This document shows, in pieces, positions 45,252 through 56,784 of a DNA stretch of 64,000 nt (its first letter is position 1; every line of letters starts with the position of its first letter). The translations under genes and the position numbers were made by a program. The notes below the pieces were generated by a model. The model made no database searches. It worked only from the letters and a program-made list of their open reading frames with translations, and was not told where the DNA came from. Source of the stretch: Elsinoe ampelina (lineage: Eukaryota); contig ML992504.1 of the NCBI GenBank assembly GCA_010093995.1, positions 496,001-560,000 of the forward strand, written 5' to 3'.

Positions 45252-45525
45252 TCTACCAGAACAGCTGGAGAACTTGGAAATCGGGATTTGAATTGCAATT
45301 CTAGATGTGTCATTTCCAGACCATGAGATTGGGCCGACTCCAAGCATGACAAGATCCACGAGGCTGGTCACTCAAACCACTCTACAGCATGAATGTACCG
45401 TACCATATATAAACCGTGGCAGCATCTCGACCGTTTCGGGCAGTCCGATTCACCAGGGGATGATCACCAGCACGCAAATTTGCGGGTCAGCTTCTTAGGT
45501 ATTCACAGGTTTCCAAACATCAACG

Positions 45526-48500
45526 CTACGCTACATGCAAATTCGCTATCCTTATCCCATTACTCGCGAACCAATACCTCCGCTTAATCCCCAGTCCACC
45601 CCCGGCCACATGCCCTTCCCCTTCCATCCCACTGCCTTTCCCATCCTCCTTCCCCTCCTCCTTCCCATCCTCCCTCCCATCCTCATCCCCTTGTCCTCCT
45701 CCCCTATCCCCCCCGTGACCCCTCCCATCCCTCCCCTCAAACCACCACCTCCCCCCCCTCTCCGTCCCCACCTCCCCACTCGCCCTCTCAAACACCCCCC
45801 ACGTCTCCTCCCCGCCACCAACCATGACAAGCGTAACCGGCCTCCTCCTCTCCACCCCGCTCCCCGTGCGCTGCACCTCATCCAAAAACGGCCGCACATG
45901 AAACTCCCTCGCCGTCCCATCCTCATCCCGCTCCTCATGCTCCGGGAAACTCACCACAATCACCAACTTCAGCCCGTCGTCCGAGGGGGGGTGAGAAGGG
46001 ATCTGCTCGAGTTTGCGGCTGAAAGAGCAGGACCCGCGGCGGATGACGAGGATCTGGTACCGGCGGGGGATGTGCGGGGGCAGGGGCGTGGAGCAGAGAT
46101 CCGAGTCGAGGAGGAGGAGGGAGGGGTAGGTTAGGGAGCCGAGGGGGGCGGTGGCGGGGTCGGGGACGAGGTCGGTGGAGGGGAGAGGGGCGGCGCCGGG
46201 TCCGGTGGGGAGGAAGGCCGGGAGGGTGTGGCGTTGGATTTTGACGGTCGATCTGGAGGTGGGGGTTTGGGTCGCGGTCGCGGCGATGGAGGCGGAGGCG
46301 CGGAGCTCGGAGGCGGCGGCGCGGAAGGCGGTGTTGAGGTTGAGGGTTGGGAGGGAGAGGTCGGCGAGGGAGTCGAGGTGGTCTGCGAGGGCGTGGGGGG
46401 AGGACAGGAGGACGGGGGGGAGCGAGTTGAGGAGCATTTCGTGGGGGGCGGAGTGCGTGGAGAGGGAGCTGAAGTCGAGGGTGGGGTTGGCGAAGTAGGA
46501 GAGAAGGGTTGAGGCGAAGTCTTCGACTGGTTCTGGTGTGGATATAGGGGGGAGAAGGGGTTCGGAGTCGACGGTGGTGGGTACGTCTATGATGAGGTCC
46601 ACGATCTCGGTGTCCTTCAGTCGAGTGAGGTTGGGATCAGTCGGATTGAGCTGGGCCATGACATTGGGGTGGAGATAGATCCCTTCGTCTCGGCCGAGAG
46701 CGAGATTCGAGAGGGCGTAGATACGGTATGCTTCCTCTCCTGGTCGATGAACATCGTTGTCCAGCACGAGCGCAAGTCGCAGTCCACTGACCGATTTGAT
46801 CAAAATGCCCTTGTCTATCCGCTGCAGCGCACCAAAGTCCGTCACGGTATTTGGCAGATTGGGAAAGGTCAAATCAAATGTCTGCCGCAGAGACATCTTC
46901 GAACATGTCCCGAGTGTCGGTATAAGCTCTAGTGGGAGCGTCCAGGGGTAGTATGTATCGTTGTTCGGCGAGCTTGGCTTGACCTGTATTGTGCTCGATT
47001 CACCATTCATGTCGTCGCTGATGAATGATTGTGTCTCGCTGGCATGTGTCTCATGTAGTCGTGCCAGAGAAGCAGCATGAAAGAAGTCGGGTCGATTGGC
47101 CACATTCGATATGCTGAATGCTTGTGGTGACGGTGGTGCAGGACACTGAGGATTGCCATCCACCGGGTCTGCGTCCACGTCCAGTTTTAGCGGTTTATAA
47201 TGCTTTGGTATAATTAGGGGGTGTCCTTCGGTCGTGAACACAAATGGCGCGTCCAAGTGATTCAGTGGATGGTCTTCGTCAAACAGCAAGTACAGGTATT
47301 TCACCGTCTCGCCGAGGAAGAAGCTCTCCATACGATCGCTCTGCTCTCCTGTCCGAACATCCTGAAGTCCAGCCCAGCCGCATGGCGTCCAGCACCTGCG
47401 TCTAATATCCTTGAGCGCCATCTCTCCGACATGCAGATACCACGGATCCTTTGTCGCTCTGTACAAGTACCAATTACTCTCGATGAATTCAGGTCGTCCT
47501 CCCCACCATCTAAGTCCAGCGTCTATCTTGCCCGTGAATGTATTCCAGCGTTCCGGCAAGGCACCATATCTATTCCAGAGCGCCGTGTAAAGCAAATGCG
47601 CAGAAGTCGCTTCTTCAATCTCGCCCGCTAAAGCCAGTAATCCAGGATAGTAAGCACTCAGACTATCGATCCAGGCCAGCCTAGGTCCTCCAGTCCACAT
47701 GTCGTTTTGCGCGTAATGAGGATGCTGGAATTGCGGTCCTCTGTAGATATGCCGCTTGATAGCCTGATGAGCATTCTCCCATGTACCCAGAAACATCGAG
47801 CTCGTGACACCCTCCTCTCCGTTTTGCTCTTCCAGTCCAGAAAGCAGGATATGGCTCTTGAAAGCATACTCGAAGAAGCTGTCAATACCAGCGCCGATCC
47901 CAGTATACGGACTGATCCACTGCCCCGTCTCAGCATCAATCCCACTCCCAATCAACCCAGCACTCGTCCTCCTCTCCCACACCGCCCAAAACGCCTTCTT
48001 CGCCAACCTCTCAAACCTCTCGTCCCCCGTCAAGCGACTCAACACGGTAAACTCCAACACCAAACTCCCAGCACCCGCACTACACGTCTCCGTCACCTCC
48101 CTCTCCCCCACCGGCGTCTCCTCGGTCCCACACTGCCCATTCTCCGCATCGTTATTCAACGGACTATTCTCATAAAACGGAATCCCCGTCCTCAGATTCA
48201 CCCTGGGATACGGAATCCCCGTCGGGGTATGAAAAGCCGGCAACAGCCTCTGCCCCAAATCATACGCCAACCTGAGCAACTGCCCATCATACACGAAACG
48301 ATCCCTCCCATTCGTGACCTCCACATCCCACTCCACCCCATCCCTCCCCGTATCAGGCCACCACTCAAACCGCGGCTCGTACCCTCTGATTGGCAGATCC
48401 CCCATCGCGAACTCATGCGCGCTCAATAGTCCCCCCAGCCCGCGGATCGTAGTCTCGAACAGCTGGACTTTACTATCCAGATCAAACCCCCTCGCCCTCC

Positions 48501-48933
48501 GTCCCTGGCCGGCTCTTCCCTGCGTCCCGTCCCCGTACTCCTCCACCAGCAGCGCGACGTACCCCTGGAAGTCGCGCAGCGCATCGTGCCCGTCTTTGTC
48601 CGAGCGGGCTGTCGAGGCGAGGATGGCGAGTGTGCTGAGGCTGTCGACGAGGGAGAGGGAGTAGTTGCCTAGTACGTCGTTGACTTCGATGTGGGAGGGG
48701 TTGGCGCGGTCGCGGGTCAAGGGCGCGCAGGTGAGGGGTCGGAGCTCGTCTTCGGGGTAGGCGTAGCGGATGTAGGAGTGGAGACCGTGGTAGAAGATGT
48801 CGCGGGTGGATTGCCGGTGGGAGAGGCGGGTGGTGGTGGGCATGCAGTGGGTTGTACGAGGGAAGAAGGCGAGAAGGAGGAGGGAGGTGAGGAGGAGAGG
48901 GAGGTGGAGGGGGTGGAGGCATGGTGGTGGCAT
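45526..48933 (-). CDS. MNL1: GH47 alpha-1,2-mannosidase, EDEM/Mnl1(Htm1) type, with C-terminal PA-like segment
   Basis: Signal peptide; AYPEDELRPL, LVDSLSTL, FETTIRGLGGLLSAH, GAGIDSFFEY, RPEFIES, MESFFLGET, TTEGHPL; LVIRRGSCSF PA-like motif; intronless. Confidence 0.88.
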   Translation of the reverse strand: MPPPCLHPLHLPLLLTSLLLLAFFPRTTHCMPTTTRLSHRQSTRDIFYHGLHSYIRYAYPEDELRPLTCAPLTRDRANPSHIEVNDVLGNYSLSLVDSLSTLAILASTARSDKDGHDALRDFQGYVALLVEEYGDGTQGRAGQGRRARGFDLDSKVQLFETTIRGLGGLLSAHEFAMGDLPIRGYEPRFEWWPDTGRDGVEWDVEVTNGRDRFVYDGQLLRLAYDLGQRLLPAFHTPTGIPYPRVNLRTGIPFYENSPLNNDAENGQCGTEETPVGEREVTETCSAGAGSLVLEFTVLSRLTGDERFERLAKKAFWAVWERRTSAGLIGSGIDAETGQWISPYTGIGAGIDSFFEYAFKSHILLSGLEEQNGEEGVTSSMFLGTWENAHQAIKRHIYRGPQFQHPHYAQNDMWTGGPRLAWIDSLSAYYPGLLALAGEIEEATSAHLLYTALWNRYGALPERWNTFTGKIDAGLRWWGGRPEFIESNWYLYRATKDPWYLHVGEMALKDIRRRCWTPCGWAGLQDVRTGEQSDRMESFFLGETVKYLYLLFDEDHPLNHLDAPFVFTTEGHPLIIPKHYKPLKLDVDADPVDGNPQCPAPPSPQAFSISNVANRPDFFHAASLARLHETHASETQSFISDDMNGESSTIQVKPSSPNNDTYYPWTLPLELIPTLGTCSKMSLRQTFDLTFPNLPNTVTDFGALQRIDKGILIKSVSGLRLALVLDNDVHRPGEEAYRIYALSNLALGRDEGIYLHPNVMAQLNPTDPNLTRLKDTEIVDLIIDVPTTVDSEPLLPPISTPEPVEDFASTLLSYFANPTLDFSSLSTHSAPHEMLLNSLPPVLLSSPHALADHLDSLADLSLPTLNLNTAFRAAASELRASASIAATATQTPTSRSTVKIQRHTLPAFLPTGPGAAPLPSTDLVPDPATAPLGSLTYPSLLLLDSDLCSTPLPPHIPRRYQILVIRRGSCSFSRKLEQIPSHPPSDDGLKLVIVVSFPEHEERDEDGTAREFHVRPFLDEVQRTGSGVERRRPVTLVMVGGGEETWGVFERASGEVGTERGGRWWFEGRDGRGHGGDRGGGQGDEDGREDGKEEGKEDGKGSGMEGEGHVAGGGLGIKRRYWFASNGIRIANLHVA

Positions 48934-49384
48934 CGGCTGGCGGTGTTAGGGAGATGGTTGAGAAGATAGCATGCCGGGATTGAGGACTCGAGAAATGCGA
49001 ATAATGGCGGGGCGTGAGGGTGAGGTTGTGGTGCAAGGCTGGAGGTGGTGATGACGGAGGTGGATGGGATGGTGAAGCTCGGAGGTGGAAAGTTGGCCGC
49101 ATTTTTGGCTTCATGCAGGGTTCACTTTGGCACAGCAGATCTGGATGCAGAAACAGATCGCGTGTCATTGGCTACATGTTTCGACCTCTCGCATGTTGAA
49201 TTGATTTTGTTTGATGTACTGATACAGATGTCCGAATTATATCGACTGGATATACAGCGCTTTCAGTGTCCCTTACTATGCGCGGGGCCTCAGCCCGAGA
49301 GTGAAGATGCAAAAACCCCCTAACCACCACCAAACATATCCCCCAACACACTCATCCTTGTATCCCTTCTCTCCCCCCTGATTA

Positions 49385-51342
49385 TCATCTGCTCGCCTCT
49401 CCAGCCGGGGGTCCTCCGCCACCCATAAGCCCTCCAAACCAGCCCTTCTTCATATCCTTCATACTGCTCTCGATCTGCCTCTTCTCCTCCTCCTCGATCT
49501 CTTTTAACCACTTTTCTCCATTTTTTCGGATTTCTTCTTCGATGCGCATGTACTCTCTTTGACCGCGTTCGCGGATCTGGTCACTCAGCATCTTGCCTTG
49601 CGCGAGACCTTCACTGACTGTCTGTCCTGGTCCTTCTGGACCACCCAATACTAACGAGCCGGGGGCAGGCATGGGCTTCACTCCGAGTGCTGACGAGAGA
49701 AGGCCACCTATCGATGCTCTAGGCTTGCCTCCTGACTGAATCGCGTATTGTTTTTGGAATTCCTCTCGTGCAATGCTTTCTCTCCGCGCGAACTCTGTTG
49801 GAATATCCTTGTCCTTGAATGAATCTACTAATTGTCAGCGTGAAATCATGGTCGAATCCTGCTTCAAAGCATACCAATGACCTTTCGAACATCCTGAATG
49901 TTCATTGTCGCAATGTACTCCAAGAACGGAATGAGCGCCACCAGATCCTTTGCATCGCCATCGCCCGGCTTGCCAGTCCACTTTGGCAGGACAATAGCGT
50001 TGTTAGGCTGGTTTCTCACGTGATCGGGATTCGTGTCAATGATGAGTGTCTTTTCCAATGGGCGATTGAGGTATTCCAGGTCCTTGACGTACTTTCCGTT
50101 CTCGTACTTTGTAGCTTCGCGGAAAAGCGGCCACATGATGACACGGAAAGGATCGAGTTTGCGAATGACGGGATCTCCCATCGCCGAGGGAACAGTAGTG
50201 AAGACGACCAGCTCGTAGTACTGCGAGAGATATCGGAGGAAATAGTCCACACCAGGTCGCTTAGCTGTCCGCCATCCATGCTCTCGTGACCATTCCGAGT
50301 GGATGAGCAGATCTTCCAAGCTCAAGACAAGCGTAAACGGGTAAGCTTGTGCAGTTGGCATGTCCGGGAGAAGCTTGCGTGACGTTGGCTCGGTGTAGTA
50401 TTCTACGCTTCCTGTCATCCTGCCCTTGATACGTGTCCATATAGCTCCGGGACCCCAGCCTGTGAGATCCGAGGGATCCACACCTGTGGGTGCTGGCTCA
50501 TCCTTCTCCAGTGGTCTTCCAAAGTATCCACCACCTAGAGTGACGGCCAAAGCCAAAGACACATACATGTAGCGCGCAAGGCGAGCCCTGGCGCGATCCG
50601 TTGACGTCTCGTAGTCACTCTGTGAAAATTCCCCTCCGCCGTCCTCTCCTCGGCGTCGTCGACCACCACTGCCTCCCACGGGCTCGCCGCCTTCTGAAGG
50701 CAGATCGTACTTGGCCGAGTCCGCCTCCCCGCTTGACGCTTGCTTATCGAATCCGAACTCTTTCGCGAACGTAGATGGTATACCCTGACGGAGATCTGGC
50801 AGAGGTCCTCTCGGCTTCTCACTCTCTTCCGGCTCCGTATTGACTTCTGGCGACTTTGGTCCCTCGAATGCTTCATTGGCAGCCTCAGGATCCGACACTT
50901 TCGATGGCGTAGGGTCTGAAGGTTTCACTGTTCCTGGTACAGGTCCAGGCTGTCCGTGAGGAATGGTGTTTGCGGAAGGGGAGGCGTTCTTGTTGAATTC
51001 TGCAGACTCTCGACTGCTCGCTGCTTGAGTGCTTGCTTCAGGCGGCTGCGACGATGTCGCTGATGCCGCTCCAGTACCTGCAAACTTTATCGAGTCTTTG
51101 GGCTTCCACGTCTGATCCTTCGGAACACTCGTGCCCGGTGATGTTTGTCTCGCTGGTCCGGTTGCAGGTTTCGCGGAAGGTGATTTCGAATCGCTAGCGT
51201 TACTCTGTCCGTACCTTGGCTTGCTGTACTTTGCATACGTCCGCCATGATTGCGCTGTGACTGGAGCTATCGATGTGCGGAAGCTCGGAGCTGTCTGGCG
51301 GAGAGGTAGTCTTGATGCTGCGCGCGCAGCTTGCGCGAGCAT
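49385..51342 (-). CDS. TIM50: Mitochondrial import translocase subunit Tim50, 2 exons
   Basis: Arg-rich presequence, single TM, TLVLSLEDLLIHSEWSREHGWRTAKRPGVDYFLRYL (NIF domain); intron 49874-~49825. Confidence 0.93.
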
Positions 51343-51800
51343 CTTGCAGGAAGTTGTGAGACTCTATAAGCTGGTGTGAGACAACTCCGAGAGATATGAA
51401 GCAAGTCACACAATGCAGGAGTGTCGTGATGCCGAATTGAGAGCACTCTTCAGCTGCTGTGAATGATCTGAAGCAAAAGCTCCGACTTCAAAAACTTTCT
51501 ACATCATTGTCCATCTCGCCAAGGCCGCTCATCTCGTCGCGCGAGTCATGGTCAGCCACAACTGCAACAGCACACCCACATTTCCTTCATTCCGCCTTCC
51601 TCACCGCTGGCCTTACCAAGTACTTCCAGGCAACGATATGTGATCCACCGAGGTATCAATACAGGCTGGGTAGTCCCCATCTTGCTTCCCTTCACATACA
51701 GTCTTCCCCTTCTCATCTTACCATCCTCCTCTTCTCATCTCCTACCACGGCCTCACATTCCCTATCACGCACCTCACACCTCCATCCACCCTGCCTGAAC

Positions 51801-52646
51801 ATGGCCACCAACCCCACCAACCCCCTCCCCCTCTTCCACCCCATCTCCCCTCAAATCCTCTACCACTCCCCCCCTCCCACCTCACACTCCTCCCCGCCCC
51901 CTCCCGACCACCCCGCCCTCATCCTCCTCTGCACCTGGGCCTCCGCCTCCCGCCGCAACATCGCCAAATACACCGCCACCTACACCACCCTCTACCCCTC
52001 CACCCCGATCCTCATCCTAGAGTCCACAGTCACAGACATGGTCTTCGCCACCGACGCCTCCCAAGCCCGCGCTTTTGCCCCGGCGCGCGACGTCATTCTC
52101 TCTACCCTCGCGACGGCAGGATCGGGGAGCGTGTTGCTCCATGTCTTCTCCAATGGGGGCGCGCAGACGGCGGGACGGTTGATGGTTAGCTTGCCGGTGC
52201 GGGAGAGGGAGAGGTTACTGAAGGGGGTGGTGTTGGATTCTTGCCCTGGTGGGACTGGGATGGGGAGGAGCGCGGATGCGATGAGGGCTTCGTTGCCGAG
52301 GACTTGGGTTTGGGGGGTGGTCGGGTGGGTGGTGGTGTGGGTGGTGCTGCTTGGGGTGATGGTGGTGGAGGTGGTGTTTGGGGTGGAGAACGTGGTTAGT
52401 GTGGCGCGGAGGAGGTTGGTGGATCCAGAGGTGGTGGGGAGGGAGGTGCCGAGGGTGTACCTATATGGGAAAAAGGATAAGATGGTGTGGTGGGAGGATG
52501 TAGCGGCGCATGTGAGGGAGGCAAGGGAGGGCTGTGAGAGGGTCGAGGAGGTGAGGTTTGAGGACGGCGATCATTGTGCGTATATTGTGAAGAACGACAG
52601 GGAATATTGGGAAGCTATCACGAACTTGGTGGGTGGTAAGAGGTAG
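51801..52646 (+). CDS. DUF829/TMEM53-like (PaxU-like) alpha/beta-hydrolase-fold protein
   Basis: LILLCTW..NIAKY..Y, LLHVFSNGG, VLDSCPG, PRVYLYGKKDKMV..W.DV..H; ATG 51801. Confidence 0.8.
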   Translation: MATNPTNPLPLFHPISPQILYHSPPPTSHSSPPPPDHPALILLCTWASASRRNIAKYTATYTTLYPSTPILILESTVTDMVFATDASQARAFAPARDVILSTLATAGSGSVLLHVFSNGGAQTAGRLMVSLPVRERERLLKGVVLDSCPGGTGMGRSADAMRASLPRTWVWGVVGWVVVWVVLLGVMVVEVVFGVENVVSVARRRLVDPEVVGREVPRVYLYGKKDKMVWWEDVAAHVREAREGCERVEEVRFEDGDHCAYIVKNDREYWEAITNLVGGKR

Positions 52647-52823
52647 TTGAAGTGATTAGTCTTGATTCATTCTGCTACTATCTTACACCCATTAAGTCAT
52701 GCCAAAGCAAGACCCTCCACATCTCGACAAGCGCTTGCTTAAACTTCGTTTCTCATACTGATACATGTAATCCTCCTAAAAGCTATGCAAGCTCGGGTAT
52801 CAACCTTTTTTTCTTTCCGTAAT

Positions 52824-53687
52824 TTAAAAGTTCCTGGCGGGAGCGGCGTTGGTGTTGTTATAACCGTACGGGTTAACGCCAGTGCCCTCGGGCTGGGTGT
52901 AGTAGCGACCGTGAGTGGAGTGTCCGACAGGCTCAGCGTCCTTCACCAAGCCAGTCTGATGGGGAGCGGCGACAGTAGAGCCGGTGTATGCAGTGTCATA
53001 GGAAGGACGAGTGTCGACACCAGCCATCTCGGCATCGCGGTGGCCGTGGTGACCGTGGGCACCAGCGCCGGCGGCAACAGCAGCCTTCTTGCGCTGCCAA
53101 GGGAAGCGACGGCGGCCACTGCCGGAGGTGTAGTTGTTGGATGGGCTGGGTCCGAAGCGCTTCTCCTTCTTGTGGTTCCTGACAAGGAAGACCTGGATAA
53201 CAGCAAGGATGAGGAAGAGGAAGGCGCCAACGATGGAGACAGCAAACGAAGCCTTGTTCAGTCTGCAGGCGGTGCCGAGAGAGCTGGAATAGGTGATCTG
53301 ATCATCAAAGCTGCCGCCGCTGTTGACGTCTCCAGTGCCGATGGGAGTGGTGACTGTGCCGGTGCAGGAACCAGTAGCATCCCTGGTGAGGACTGCGATC
53401 GCGACGAAAGCTCCCGCGAATGCAACATTAAGCACAATCGCGAGGAAGGCGAAGAAGCTGATACCACCGAGGCAGCAGGTGAGGACAATGCCAAAAATGG
53501 TGTAGACAACAGCAATGCCTGAGATGCCTTCTACAGCCAACCAGTTGCGAGCGAGAGGGATGTTACGATCCGACAAGACGGCAAGGAAGTAGGAGTAGAC
53601 GCCGATGATGATGGCTGAGCAGCCAAAAGCGAGGGCATAGAGGAATGTCTGAAAGAGGCGTAGGAAGCCTCCACCGAGAAGACCCAT
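52824..53687 (-). CDS. MARVEL-domain four-TM membrane protein
   Basis: Four hydrophobic helices, CRLNKASFAVSI, cytosolic tail KRFGPSPSNNYTSG; ATG 53687. Confidence 0.8.
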   Translation of the reverse strand: MGLLGGGFLRLFQTFLYALAFGCSAIIIGVYSYFLAVLSDRNIPLARNWLAVEGISGIAVVYTIFGIVLTCCLGGISFFAFLAIVLNVAFAGAFVAIAVLTRDATGSCTGTVTTPIGTGDVNSGGSFDDQITYSSSLGTACRLNKASFAVSIVGAFLFLILAVIQVFLVRNHKKEKRFGPSPSNNYTSGSGRRRFPWQRKKAAVAAGAGAHGHHGHRDAEMAGVDTRPSYDTAYTGSTVAAPHQTGLVKDAEPVGHSTHGRYYTQPEGTGVNPYGYNNTNAAPARNF

Positions 53688-54544
53688 GGCGGCGATGTGA
53701 TGACCGTGGAATGTAGGTTGGATGTGATGCGGCGTGATGCGATGAAATGAGGGAGGAGCAAGTCTGTTGGTGGAGGGATGAGGTGAGGGTGAAGAAAGTC
53801 CCACTGATGAAGTACGGCTGTGACGAGGGATGTGGAATGTACCTCGAGGCGGTATAAGAATGCATCAGGATCGGAGCAAGGCTCACCTCATGTGAGGCCG
53901 GCAGGTTCAAAAATCCCACGTCATTGCTGCGCCGCATCTATGAATTGCGCGCCCCACACGTCATGCCTGACGGGCGATCTGGTTGGACAGAAAGGGTCCA
54001 GTTCACCCTCCTTTGAAATGTTTGCATGCGACAAGCCACACTCCGGCTTCTTGGTTGCGGCACGGTCAAACTCTATTGGTCTCGAGCCTTTCGCAGCCTC
54101 TATTTTCTATGAAACGCATCGCATGAAGGACGCGGCTTTGGTCTATTCTTACACGTGTCAGCTTGCGCAGGCTTCACTCTTCTCCACTATGCTGATCAGA
54201 ACTCTTCAACGGCACCATCAGACCGACGCACGGGAGAGACAGCCGCTCAAACAGTCGGAAAGACACCGCCGGGAAGTGTGTGATCGACGACTTCGTCACA
54301 GGCACCAGGAAACTTGATTCTGATCACAACTCCGATTGAATTGTCCTCTGGGGTCTAGACACTCTCATCGGCCTTGCTTTTGAACGCATTTTCTCAAACT
54401 GGACAAGCAAATAGCAAGCTTTTAGTGTCGTCCTGGAAAACCTTACAAGTTCACCGAGCAGTCTGGATGAACATGATGAACACTTCGGTACCAAGGATAT
54501 CGTCGAGGGTTTCAATCCCTCCATTAGGGTAACAGTATTGGGCT

Positions 54545-55826
54545 TCATAGACCCTTACCGGCTTCCACCAAAATCTTGACCTGGTTGTCCTTATCTTTGA
54601 TCAAGGCAGTGAAACCTTCTTCAACAACCTCGTTGAGCTTGATTTTCTTGGTGATCATTCCTTCTGGCTTCATCCGACCGGAACTGATGGCGTCCAGCAC
54701 TGCTTGAAAGTCTCCTGCCTGGTAAGTTGCTACTCCGTGGTAGCTTCTCTCTTTGAAGCAAAACTTGTTTGGCACAATTGTGCATGGCTTCTCCCAAATG
54801 GCGATATTGACCACAGCTCCTCTGGCTCTTACGGCATCCACAGCGGTGTCCAATCCAGCTTGAACTCCAGCGCAGTCATACACCACATGGACTCCCTGAT
54901 CGTCACATAGCTCTTTACATCGCTTCACCACATCCTCTTTCGTCGGATCAATAATCACATCTGCACCAAACTGCCGAGCGAAGTCTTTCCGCTTGGCTGA
55001 CAGTTCAGAAACAATGATTTGACCGTCGCCTCGAGCTCGAAGTGCTTGAATGACAGAGAGGCCAATCGGACCACCTCCCAAGACGAGCGCGCTCATGCCT
55101 GGCTTCCAAGGTGATATATTGACGGCGTGCCACCCAACCGCGAGAGGCTCAACCATGGCTGTACTCATTAGCGTGCTCCTGGACATTGGAGCGACCTGCT
55201 TACCTGCGACCTCAAGACTGACGTTGTCAGGAACCGAATATACCGAAGCCTCAGGCACGACACAATGCTCTGACAGTCCACCGCCCCAGCCTATTGAAGT
55301 TCAGCCCTGGGATCGCCTAGACCAACGGGACTATGCTCACCACTGAGCCCGACGAAGCCATTGCTATAGCAGCAATTGATCAGGCCCTCTTTGCAAGCTC
55401 CACAGGTTCCGTCGTAGATGATGGGCTGTACGCATACTCTGTCCCCGACCTTGAATTTTGTCACACCCTCTCCGACCTCTTCAACGATACCACTGAACTC
55501 ATGACCAAATGTCAAGGGGACCTGCTCGCCAGTAATAGGGTGCGGGGTTGTGGGGCAGAGCGAGGGGCCACCCATATATTCGTGGAGATCTATGCATCTT
55601 GTCAGCGTGCTGGTCGCGATCAGACTGGTGGCAAGACCGCATACCACTTCCGCAAATACCACACCAACTTGGGGCGACCTATGCATATTCATCAATCTCG
55701 TCTGCCGCCCAAGATCCACGCCTGTGGACCTACCTTGACTTGACCTTTTCCGCACTCGGGGATGGGAATCTGTTCCAAGCGCAAGTCTTCCTTGCCGTGG
55801 AATCGCAATGCCGTCATGGTCGCCAT
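54545..55826 (-). CDS. Zn-dependent MDR, (R,R)-butanediol dehydrogenase-like, ~5 exons
   Basis: Exon 1 MATMTALRFHGKEDLRLE (55826-55734); exon 2 WCGICGS (55678-55645); then DLHEY, FGHEFSG, VEPLAVGWHAV, LGGGPIG, QVKILV. Confidence 0.88.
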
Positions 55827-56784
55827 TTTGAGGCGGTTGTGAAGAAAAGCAGTTTGGTATGGGAGAAGACAATAAAAGTGTCTGGACTCTCAAGCGCAGG
55901 GTTTAGATACTAATATCTCTCGGCGCAGACAGCCACACACGCACTTTCTTACTTTCGCATGATCTACCAGACACATGGTCATGTCTTTATGCACTTCTCC
56001 GCACTGAGGATCACCTGCTGGATTCCAAGGGCAAACGCAGCCGTCCCATGGATGCACTTTAACGGCATGCCCCGAATTGGATTTCCGAAAGCTTTCCCCT
56101 CGGAGGGCAGAGGTGGGGGTTTGGAGGGGCAGCCAACATGGTCCTGGGCGTGTCGCGTCGCAATTCAAGCTCGCCGCAATGCATCCCCGAGACAGGGACG
56201 AAACCAGGCCTCGGCCACGACGACTTCTGTACCTTTGTGATGACGAGGGAATACACTCCGTGATCTTGATTGACTTTGAACAAGTCACACAAAGTCCGCC
56301 GATGACACTGTGGTATCATCACTTTTCAATTATCGCTCGGGCCGAGCAACGTCATAGTGAGAGCTCCTCAGGCCGTCAAGAAGACATGGAATTACTCGCC
56401 CAGAGACGCCGGCATAATTTTTGGCGACATTGCGGCTCTTTTTGACATGGAGATCTCATGCTTTCAGATCCGAAAAGATCAGATTCAGTGATGGATATTG
56501 CTCCGAAAGGTAGGGGGTCTTTCAATGGCCAAAAACCATGAGAGATCGTTGCGAACTGAGGGGTCCTCTTGAAGCCAAAACAGTGACCTCACAGCTGGAA
56601 TCGGAAGTTAGTTTGTCTACTCGCCCTAGGCTGAATATTTTTCAAACACCCCCACCTATCCATCCCACCTGAGCCGCTCTTGATAAACAATTGACCCCCA
56701 ATCTACGGGTTCTGTTCTCTCACTTTGCATTCCTGCTCATCAACAACCTCCACTGTAATTCGTCGTTTCACACAATCGCCCAAC

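Noticed and set aside
49825..49830. TAGTAG tandem acceptors in the TIM50 and HOS2 introns
   Set aside because: NAGNAG sites are common and change at most one residue.
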